A stretch of 63,008 nt of DNA, counting the filler, from Stramenopiles sp. TOSAG23-2 (taxonomy: Eukaryota), in assembly GCA_900128395.1 (NCBI GenBank). It is 25 parts of 25 records of this genome, joined end to end, with 100 filler letters (N's around TTAATTAATTAA, not from the genome) between each part and the next. Parts side by side here need not be neighbours in the genome. Positions count along the whole stretch, not along the records: positions 48,023 to 50,440 come from LT651760.1; positions 50,541 to 52,957 come from LT651761.1; positions 53,058 to 55,473 come from LT651762.1; positions 55,574 to 57,985 come from LT651763.1; positions 58,086 to 60,497 come from LT651764.1; 20 more parts are not named here. One strand, written 5' to 3'. Below, one piece after another: positions 49,025 through 58,087 of the stretch. Numbering within the stretch: position 1 is the first letter of the stretch; the number at the start of each line of letters is the position of its first letter. The notes beneath the pieces are model-generated. The model was given only the letters and a program-made list of their open reading frames with translations. It was not told the DNA's origin and did not search any database. The translations under genes were made by a program, and so were the position numbers.

Positions 49025-49124
49025 TGTCTAAATGACTAAAATGTCTAAGATTTAGAAAAGTATCCTATAAGAAATGATATAAGAAGAGTTATGTAAAAAC
49101 GTAGGCAAATTAGGCATTTAGGCA
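49025..49124. promoter_or_regulatory. Inverted iteron array: 3x TG(T/A)CTA facing 3x TAGGCA around an AT-rich core; candidate viral origin or protein-binding site
   Basis: TGTCTA-aa-TGACTA-aaa-TGTCTA ... TAGGCA-aat-TAGGCA-tt-TAGGCA with mirror-symmetric spacing. Confidence 0.5.
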
Positions 49125-49261
49125 TCCTTATTTATTGGAATTGTAATTTTTACTAATTGCTATTATGTTATAGCAGGTAAATAGCATTGAGATAATAAAA
49201 TTATTGAAAGATATAATTTTAATGATGTAATAAATAAATTAGTGATATTGTAGCTATCTTT

Positions 49262-49343
49262 AATCCTGTGGCAAATCCTGTGGCAAATGCTGTGGCAAAT
49301 CCTGTGGCAAATCCTGTGGCAAATCCTGTGGCAAATCCTGTGG
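49262..49343. repeat. 12-bp tandem repeat AATCCTGTGGCA, about 7 copies
   Basis: Directly visible; one copy has a C>G change. Confidence 0.95.
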
Positions 49344-49461
49344 TATACTGCTAGCTATACTAAGGGCTATATAATACCTATCAATCACAATCTCTATTAC
49401 GCACGGAAAAAATATCTTTTCGCATATAAATTATACATAAAAAGATATACATAAAAAGATA

Positions 49462-50439
49462 TTACAAAGTCAAATCTCTGTCTACTCGTGTTCGGAACTT
49501 TAACCATATTGATGTGGATTGACCTAAGAAATTAACTTGTTGATTATGGACATCCGTTATATAACAATGTAACTTTGTTAAGTTTAAATCGTCTTTGTTG
49601 TTTAATTTTATCCAGTTTTGAACATTAAATTGCTCATATAAATCGGACACTTCAGGATAATAAATATTCACACCGCTGGCAACACCAACTAGATTCGCTG
49701 AACCACCTTTTGCTCCGCCTACGTAACCATTTATTGGTAAAGTTGGTAAATGAATTAATAAATTAGGATTGGTTGAAGGGAATATGCTGGAATAAGGAAC
49801 GCTACTAGGTAATATTGCGTTGCTTACAACTTTATAAGAACCATAATTAAAATTGAACGTTCGTTGTGCGTTACTATTGTTGTTGATATAATTCAATAAC
49901 TTATCGGGCATACTAGGATAATTATTTTTACTAATTCTGCCAAATCCATAATTCATTGTAGGACCTGGACCAGCTAGATTGATTGGAGTTCCGCTGATAT
50001 CCCCGTCGTGTAAGCCCTTTACAAATACTGGTTCATCATTTACATCTTTAAAAGCAACTACTTGATATATCGGCAAATGATGTAATACATTGAATTTTTC
50101 AGTCAATTCATATGTGTAACCGTTGGTAAAATTGGTAGCAGATGTTTTGGTTTTGTATAATAATTGAAATGCTGAATCTTCACCCGTGGCTCCAGGTGTT
50201 ATAGGACGTATAATGATTTGAAGTGTATTTACACTAACATCACTAATATCAATGGTATGAACAAATGTTTCGCTATATTTTGTATCATTTTCACTAATGG
50301 ATTTTGTTTCAATGTCGGATTGAAAAGCAATTAAATTATAAGAATTATCAATTCGCCACCCAAAATTTGGTCTAGCCGCACCTTTTTGATTCAATGACAT
50401 TCCGCTATTTGCCCAATCTTTGTTCGCATTTCCAATTGC
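49462..50439 (-). CDS. Polinton-like virus minor capsid (penton)-like protein, C-terminal part, 5'-truncated
   Basis: C-terminal LLIHLPTLPINGY...LYEQ....WIKLNN.DDLNLTKL.CYITD....V.FL...TSIWLKFR pattern as in PLV/virophage mCPs; frame open to contig edge. Confidence 0.65.
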   Translation of the reverse strand, partial: AIGNANKDWANSGMSLNQKGAARPNFGWRIDNSYNLIAFQSDIETKSISENDTKYSETFVHTIDISDVSVNTLQIIIRPITPGATGEDSAFQLLYKTKTSATNFTNGYTYELTEKFNVLHHLPIYQVVAFKDVNDEPVFVKGLHDGDISGTPINLAGPGPTMNYGFGRISKNNYPSMPDKLLNYINNNSNAQRTFNFNYGSYKVVSNAILPSSVPYSSIFPSTNPNLLIHLPTLPINGYVGGAKGGSANLVGVASGVNIYYPEVSDLYEQFNVQNWIKLNNKDDLNLTKLHCYITDVHNQQVNFLGQSTSIWLKFRTRVDRDLTL

Positions 50440-50540
50440 TNNNNNNNNNNNNNNNNNNNNNNNNNNNNNNNNNNNNNNNNNNNNTTAATTAATTAANNNN
50501 NNNNNNNNNNNNNNNNNNNNNNNNNNNNNNNNNNNNNNNN

Positions 50541-50922
50541 CACTTTCTTGAACCATAAAATCTGTGAATGATCCAATTCTAGTATTCATACATTGTTTGC
50601 GCTTACTTGGGTTACGATACCAGTTCTTGAGTGCCATCAAACTATTTACATTTCTGGTTTGAGCAATAACTTTATTTTCAAAATACAAAGTTGCTGTTTC
50701 AATAGCACTAGAAATTCCACTAAATAAATTAAAGTTTTGACTAATATCAGCGGCTGTCATACTCAAGGTCACATAACAATTGTTGTCAAGTATACCTGAT
50801 TTTGGTAAGTTAAAACGAACACTTTGTTGGGTAAAGCTCTGGGGCTCTACAATTCTAGTTTCCACGAACATACTCTGCCCCAATTGGTCTTGACTACCTC
50901 CTACTTTTAACATTGAACTCAT
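50541..50922 (-). CDS. PLV major capsid-like protein, paralog 3 (N-terminus, 3'-truncated)
   Basis: VETRIVEP.SF...SVRFNLPKSGILD...GISSAIETATL......IAQT...N.L, a PLV MCP N-terminal pattern. Confidence 0.75.
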
Positions 50923-50973
50923 ATTTATAATAACCGAGGAAAATAAATATGCTAAAGTAAATGTTTAAGATAT

Positions 50974-52293
50974 TTATTCGGCGACGACAGTATTACCTCC
51001 ATTTAATTGGAGCACAGAACGATGAAGCATAAAACTATAAATGGCATTGGGTGAATTACCATTCAATGCAGAGCGTAACCTAAATGTAAATGGTCTGTTT
51101 TTCATTGAAATACCAGCGCTAGTGCCAAGATTGTTATATCTGCATCCCAATCCCCAGACATTTGCCTTGTAATCGTTATAGTTTGCTTCATCACTAGGGT
51201 CATTGCTAGGCAAATCTTCGCTTAATGGTCCAGCTAAAGTATGAAGGATATTACCATACGGTTCAATTGCGTTTAAAAAGTATCGTTCTCGCATTGCCGC
51301 ATAACTACTATTGGCATATGATCCCGCAGCATCTTGAGATAAATTTCGTGTCTCATCCTGAGAGAATTGATATGGGTTCTTAAGCCCCGCAATTAATGTA
51401 TCGTAATTTCTTACTGGAGCAATATCTGCATAATTTCCTCCAGCATCTTTGTTTAAGAGTGTTGGGGTTAATGACTCGTTCTTGGTGCTGTTATTGAGCC
51501 ATTCCGTAGGAACTACATTTTGAAAAGTGCTTAAGACGGACCCTAAAGCAGTAGGAATATTAATAGTTTCATCTCCATTATTGAGCACGCCAAAATAACT
51601 AGACCAATTTAATAAAGGAATTGCAGCCATTTTTGGTAATACTTTTCCTGCTGGAATCGCCATTTCACAAGTTATACTGACATCACTCAATTCGTATTTG
51701 CTGCTGACTGCTTGAGCTCCATAATTTGCGTTAATCGCATTTGCTAAACGGATGGACAATCTAACTCCATTTAACCCATTTTTTGCTCCTAAAGGTAGTA
51801 AACCCTCTGTGTCCGCATTCGCCATAAGCATTGCAAGATGCAATTTCATTGAACATTGCACTGTGCGATTTTGCATACGACCAGATGCTAATGAACTTGA
51901 GGTGGCTGCATATCGTTGTTGTAGATGTGTGCTAAAATCATCAAACCCGTGTTCGACACCAAGTAAGCTCGCAACTAGCCTATTATAGTGTAAAATTTGT
52001 TCTTGAACATTGTTGTTTTTATTTGCCCATACGATACTGTCGATGATCGAGCTAGCACCAATACGAGGATCTTGACGAATTTCAGTTCCACCAAAGTTAT
52101 CAGGTTGTCCACCCGCAGCACTTTTCAAGGTAAGCTTAAAGTTCAATGCGACACTATCCGTTTTGAGATATTTTTCTTCTGCTCCAATGTTGAAGACTAG
52201 AACATTTGTGCCTTCTTCAGGACTCCAAGTATTTGAGTTACTTGATTTGTTCATTGGAAATATCTCTACTTTTTTCACAGCTTCTATTGACAT
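50974..52293 (-). CDS. PLV major capsid-like protein, paralog 2 (complete, 439 aa)
   Basis: EIFPMN...SP..G..VLVFNI....YL..DSV.LNF.L...GASSII...EQILHYNRL; GVRLSIRLA; YELSDVSITC; VWGLGCRY......G; size fits a double jelly-roll MCP. Confidence 0.78.
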   Translation of the reverse strand: MSIEAVKKVEIFPMNKSSNSNTWSPEEGTNVLVFNIGAEEKYLKTDSVALNFKLTLKSAAGGQPDNFGGTEIRQDPRIGASSIIDSIVWANKNNNVQEQILHYNRLVASLLGVEHGFDDFSTHLQQRYAATSSSLASGRMQNRTVQCSMKLHLAMLMANADTEGLLPLGAKNGLNGVRLSIRLANAINANYGAQAVSSKYELSDVSITCEMAIPAGKVLPKMAAIPLLNWSSYFGVLNNGDETINIPTALGSVLSTFQNVVPTEWLNNSTKNESLTPTLLNKDAGGNYADIAPVRNYDTLIAGLKNPYQFSQDETRNLSQDAAGSYANSSYAAMRERYFLNAIEPYGNILHTLAGPLSEDLPSNDPSDEANYNDYKANVWGLGCRYNNLGTSAGISMKNRPFTFRLRSALNGNSPNAIYSFMLHRSVLQLNGGNTVVAE

Positions 52294-52333
52294 TTTATAT
52301 TATCTTAAGAAGAAAATATAAAACCGCCTAAAA

Positions 52334-52957
52334 TTAATAAACAACATTGACATTGCCAGGTTTAATTTGAAGTTTGCGAATATGATAAACACGAGAATTC
52401 ATTAATTTATTTACAGTCGGTGCCCTGAATTGCAAATTTACTCTTACATCGTTGTTCTTGATGTCACAGGAATAACCGTCTGTAGCCAAGCGGCGACCAA
52501 TACAAAAGTGTTCTTTATTACTGTCTTCGCGCATTACTGCTACCTTCGCTTTATCCAAAGATTTTGTCAATTCCGCTACTTGTTGGGCATTCCAATCATC
52601 TGCAATATTGCTAGAATATCTTGAGCAATCCACTCGCTGATTAGGAACATTTTTGTTCTTCAAGACATATTGATAATTTTGAATAGTATCAATAGCTGGT
52701 AAATAACTTGAGGTCGTAAGGCTAAAGTTTGGATTGATAAAAGTTTCAACCATACTCAAGGCCCGCTCTTCAGTTGTTGGGACTAGCACCTGTGTTACCG
52801 TTTGACCCGCGTCCACATTGTTACGATAAAGGTTAAACGATTTAATGTCCATTGCTAAACCGCCATCACTTGACATCTTCTTCATCATTGCTTGAAAATA
52901 TCCCTTAGGCGGTGATATCACACCACATATTAATTCTACATTGCTTAAGTTATAATC
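52334..52957 (-). CDS. PLV major capsid-like protein, paralog 1 (C-terminal half, 5'-truncated)
   Basis: Frame is open to the contig edge and reads DYNLSNVELICGVISPP (cf. YELSDVSITCEMAIP); IQNYQYV...VP, FCIGRRLA..G, HIRKLQI.PGNV.V. Confidence 0.75.
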   Translation of the reverse strand, partial: DYNLSNVELICGVISPPKGYFQAMMKKMSSDGGLAMDIKSFNLYRNNVDAGQTVTQVLVPTTEERALSMVETFINPNFSLTTSSYLPAIDTIQNYQYVLKNKNVPNQRVDCSRYSSNIADDWNAQQVAELTKSLDKAKVAVMREDSNKEHFCIGRRLATDGYSCDIKNNDVRVNLQFRAPTVNKLMNSRVYHIRKLQIKPGNVNVVY

Positions 52958-53057
52958 NNNNNNNNNNNNNNNNNNNNNNNNNNNNNNNNNNNNNNNNNNN
53001 NTTAATTAATTAANNNNNNNNNNNNNNNNNNNNNNNNNNNNNNNNNNNNNNNNNNNN

Positions 53058-55018
53058 CAATAAGGCATCAAATGATTGCAAAGCAAAATTCAACATTAAA
53101 TCAATTCTCTCAACGGTTGGTAGATGCTGGTTTAATTACAAAAGAAGAAATCGAGGAAAAGAAGGAAAAATTATTAAAAGCATACGAAGAAGAATATGAA
53201 AAAGCAAAAACCAGCACAGAATATGCACAAACGTCGCAAGAGTGGTTAGCTTCAAATTGGCAAGGAGTTGCCCTTTCCACCGGTATACAAGGAAAACGAT
53301 CAAGGCCACATAATATGACTGGGGTAAAGAAAAGCTTGTTAGATCAAGTTGGTAACACTATATGTGGCGATTCAGAACATTTTCCAGAATTTATGAATTA
53401 TCACCCAGATGTTGCAAAAATTTTTAAAGCACGAAAAAATGCATTAAAAAGTGGTAAAGGGATTGATATGGCATTTGCGGAGCAACTGGCATTTGGTATA
53501 TTAGCATTGCCAATAGAGGGAGATGATGGAAATGCGAGATTTGGTAAACGGGAAGATAGTTTTGATGAGCTTGAAGATACGAATGGGGATAATAATAACA
53601 ACAGTATTGCCAGGTCATGGTCACGAACCAATACCCCTGGTTCATTGCGTTCTACATTTTTACCACCAGTTGTCGATCACCCAACTGTACACGTTCGATT
53701 ATCTGGACAAGATAGTGAACGCGGGACATTTAACCAAAGACATGCATTAATAGTAGATCAAAAAACAAATAAACATGTATGGCCATTAAATCATATTACA
53801 AAACCAGGAGAACAGGAAGAAGTGCATATCTGTAATAGTAATTTAAGCGAAGCAGCTGTGCTAGGTTTTGAATATGGCTATAGCTTAGAAAATGACAATG
53901 CATTAGTATTATGGGAAGCACAATTTGGTGATTTTGCAAATGTTGCTCAAGCGATTATTGACAATTTCATCGTTAGTGGTGAGGAAAAATGGAACGTACA
54001 TAGTAGCTTGGTAATGTTATTGCCACACGGATACGAAGGTGCTGGACCGGAACATAGTTCCGCACGACCCGAACGATTTTTGCAATTAGTAGATGACGAT
54101 CCAACCCATGTAAATGATTTATTGACTCCTGCCATGATAAAAGATTTAGAACGCGGCTTTGATGCGGTCGACGTTACTGGGACAGGTGATATCAACGTGC
54201 AAGACTTGACACGTGTATTAGGTCGTAATATTGATCCAGATCATGTCGGTGAAAGATGGGATGTAGTCATGTCAGAATTAGAAGCAACGGTTCCACGTGA
54301 AAATAAAAATGTAGTAACGAAAGAAGAATACATACAATTTGCTGCAGCATGGGTGCGAAGGAACTCAGAATCATTAGCTAATTTTTCTGTACATGCAATA
54401 ACCACTCCAGCAAATTATTTCCATGCATTAAGACGACAAATTCATCGTCCATTCTCCAAACCATTAGTAATTTTAACAGCAAAGCAGCTACATCATCATA
54501 GACCATGCAGCTCAAGTGTTGATGAATTTACGGAAGGAACTTGGTTTCGACGCGTTATCTCAGAATATTCACTTGCAAATAATTTACAAAACAATCCAAG
54601 GCATGCATTTGAAATTTTACCACCAGAACAAATCAAGCGCTTAATTATTGTATCTGGAAAATTATATTATGATTTATATCATAAACGATCTCGTTTAAAT
54701 TTAAAAAATGTAGCTATAATACGGTTAGAACAAGTAGCACCATTTCCACATGATCGTATAGCAATTGAAGTAAATCGATATAAAAATGCTGAAGTAGTAT
54801 TTTGTCAAGAAGAGCCGGAAAACATGGGATTTTGGACATATATTGAACCAAGGTTCAAAACATGTGTTAAAGTACACAATGTTATGAATGAAAATGTTGG
54901 AATTCGAGTGATTAGTCGACCAGCAGCTGGGTCACCAGCACATGGAAGTTTTAGAGCACATCATGAAGAACATCGTGATTTGATTGAAAGGGCATTTGAA
55001 GGATTGGAGGAAGATTGA
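53058..55018 (+). CDS. OGDH: 2-oxoglutarate dehydrogenase E1 component, C-terminal half, with an EF-hand insertion
   Basis: AEQLAFG, VRLSGQDSERGTFNQRH, LSEAAVLGFEYGYS, WEAQFGDFAN, LLPHGYEGAGPEHSSARPERFLQ, TTPANYFHALRRQ, QEEPENMG. Confidence 0.95.
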
Positions 55019-55205
55019 TGGGTAAAAATAATACACACATAATAAAATGCACACGATATAGGAATTCGTATATCATATCTCAAAAGAGTTCAAACATACG
55101 TACCATGATGTATTTTAAAAGAGAGAATCCTTTTATATATTGTACATAATTTAAAAATTTTTTTTACAAAAATATATTCTTTTGTACGAGTACGACGTAT
55201 ATATT

Positions 55206-55472
55206 TTACTTTTTTTTATCTAATAGTAGTTGCTCCATTTCATTGCGTCGTATTTCTCTCATTTCATTTGCCCAAAGTTGAAAATTAGAAACTGCTAATA
55301 TGACACCATGTATTTCTTCTGCCATTTGTTTTTGTGATGGCTGGAATTTTTTAAACGCATTTGGTATTAATTCATTATTATGCACTTTTGTATTGTTTTC
55401 ATCAATAGATTTTTTCGCTTCTTCGTAAAATTCTTCATACGTATATCCTTCTTTTTTTAAGAAAGATCCAAC
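55206..55472 (-). CDS. 3' fragment, possibly BART (ARL2-binding) domain
   Basis: Hand translation: FLKKEGYTYEEFYEE...ILAVSNFQLWANEM, open from contig edge to TAA. Confidence 0.45.
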   Translation of the reverse strand, partial: VGSFLKKEGYTYEEFYEEAKKSIDENNTKVHNNELIPNAFKKFQPSQKQMAEEIHGVILAVSNFQLWANEMREIRRNEMEQLLLDKKK

Positions 55473-55573
55473 TNNNNNNNNNNNNNNNNNNNNNNNNNNN
55501 NNNNNNNNNNNNNNNNNTTAATTAATTAANNNNNNNNNNNNNNNNNNNNNNNNNNNNNNNNNNNNNNNNNNNN

Positions 55574-57073
55574 AGCTACAACAACACGAGATAATGTTTT
55601 TTTATGGCTAATTGTAGGATTACCAAACCTATATTTTGGTTCGGATATTGTCATGGCATTGCTTACATCTCGTTCGACTGGTCGTTCAAATGATTCGACT
55701 GCAAGTTCCGCACATTTGTGTGCATCTACAATACTTTTTTCACCTAATTTCCAATGTGTGAAAAATGCAATTGCAAACATTTGTGCTGCATCTCCTGCAC
55801 ATGGTGTTGCCCAAGCCCATGAATGATCAATTGCCTTTTCGCCCGATGTAAGATCACCAGCAATAACAGATGTTGAACACGCATTTAATGAAATTAATTC
55901 AGCATTGGGAGCATACCATTTTAAACAATCAACTATTGTACTATGATTCGATGATCCAATATTTTCCCCACTTTCATCCACTAACAATAACGGCAATTTG
56001 CGACTATATATTTCTGCATCACCGTGACCTATGAAATGAATCCATTTAATTTTATTTTTTTTGACTATTTCTTCATTTTCAAGTCGTTTACGAAATCCAT
56101 TTAATGTACATGTAACAATATTTGCATTTGTAATTCGTTGTACAGCATTTGCCTCCTGAACACATGCTAATGCAAATTTTAAATCGTTTTCTGACATACC
56201 GTGTGGAATACATAACCATATTAAACCTTCTGATGCATCGAACTCTTTAAATTGAAGTCGTATTTTGGTGTATTGTTTCTTGAGATCTTCAATTATTGTA
56301 ATTAAATTCGTTTTAGATGTGTTATTATCTATTGGATTATTGCGGTATTGCCCTAGATTTTTAGCATGTTCTGTAATGCTGTAATTCTTGAACTTGATTT
56401 CTTCTCCTATATCAGCAGGCATTGATTTAGATTGAAGCAGCTTATACATGCTTACAAGCTCCCTTCTCTTATGGTTGACCAGTTTCACTAAAGCCGCACG
56501 ATCCATCTCCATGTAATCTTGAAACTGATCAAATTTGCGCTTGTTGTTGTTGTTAGGGGGCTCAACATATTTGATTATTCGTATATTAGGAATAACAGAT
56601 ATACCCTTTTCATTCTTTTTTTCGTATTGGTGCTCGCACTTAACCCAAGTATCTTTTTGCAAAAATTCGCATTTAATTTCGTAGAATGTGAAGCGCTCAC
56701 CCGGATTACTTATACCACCATTATTATCTTTTTTGCTTTTTTTTCGAGGCTTGTATGGCAACTTGACGTCGTCATAGCTGCCACCCTTTTGTAGTATATC
56801 ACCATCACGTATATTTGTATGGTCGAAAACTTCATCGTGTGCATGAAAATCATGACCTCCTCCTAACCTTTTTGATTTGATTCTATATGCAAATCTATAT
56901 TTCCCAGTAACATTCACCTGTATATTTATATGCAGATTCTCTACTTGCCTTATATGCAATTCCCTTATATGCAATTCGTTGCTAGGATATTTGATTATAA
57001 TGCCATCCTCGGAGATTTTACTTGTACCATTCCGAATTTTTTTATAAATACCACTAAATGTAACTAATGGCAT
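55574..57073 (-). CDS. CHAT-domain (caspase-HetF-like) protein, 3'-truncated
   Basis: EANAV...WIHFIGHG...LLL...LISLNACST...W...GDAAQMFAIAFF...AH..A, with the His-Cys dyad intact. Confidence 0.78.
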
Positions 57074-58087
57074 AATAATATTTGCCTGAAACTATATTAC
57101 AATGTATTAATTTTTAACAGATGCAATATGATAAAATACTTCTTTTCTTAATTGTTTGTTTTAAGATTTGTATAGTGTTTTTGAAAAACAATGCAATATT
57201 GTTTAAATTATTTGTTGAAAAGTTTTGCAGTGCTTTATTGTTTGTTGTCTTCATTCAAATTGTATTCTTAGTTCTTAGTTCTTAGTTTTTAGTTTTTAGT
57301 CGTTTTTATTAACATCATTCATTATTATTATTATTATTTATTATTATTATTTTACAGTAGTATTATTATTATTACATTTGTAATTATTAGTCAGATTTAT
57401 GATTATTTTTTTTTTTTTTTGATGATGAAGAAGAGGTCGTCGTTTTTTCACCACCTTCTTCCTTCTTTTCTTCATATAATATTAACCTTCTCGTCGGGGG
57501 ACTTTATTGATGGAAGCGGTCATATTCGACCGCTTCAATTTCCGACATTTTTCGTATAGTATTTTTATCGCTGCTTGCTATTCCCATTGTATTAATATAA
57601 ATGGAAAACATTAGTCTATTTTAATTTCGGCAAAGAAAAGAGACAGTTTTGATAGGGGATTTTTTATGTAGTCTAATCAATTTGCACACATTAAAATGAA
57701 AAAAAACAACTTCAAGAATATTCAATTACAACAAAACGTTAAGGATTGGATAAAACATGTAATAAACATAAGAATAAACAAATAACATTTCTATCAATAT
57801 CAACAGAGAGCGCTTAAAGTGGAAGCGGTCATATATGACCGCTTCTAAATTGATCGAACAGTGCATGTGTTTGGAAAATATGAGTGGTTCATGGACGTGG
57901 TTCTGTAATTCAGTATCACAAGTACAGCCGGGGGGGAATTTTCAATATGAAAATAACACTAACAAGTACGCTTCCCTATACTAAGNNNNNNNNNNNNNNN
58001 NNNNNNNNNNNNNNNNNNNNNNNNNNNNNTTAATTAATTAANNNNNNNNNNNNNNNNNNNNNNNNNNNNNNNNNNNNNNNNNNNNGC

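Noticed and set aside
49262-49343. 12-bp tandem repeat as a CRISPR array or telomere
   Set aside because: No spacers, no cas genes, internal location, and not a TTAGGG-type repeat
48023-52957. Apparent mCP-MCP-MCP-MCP cluster read as one continuous viral locus
   Set aside because: A spacer at 50441-50540 separates two length-sorted contigs; continuity is plausible but not shown
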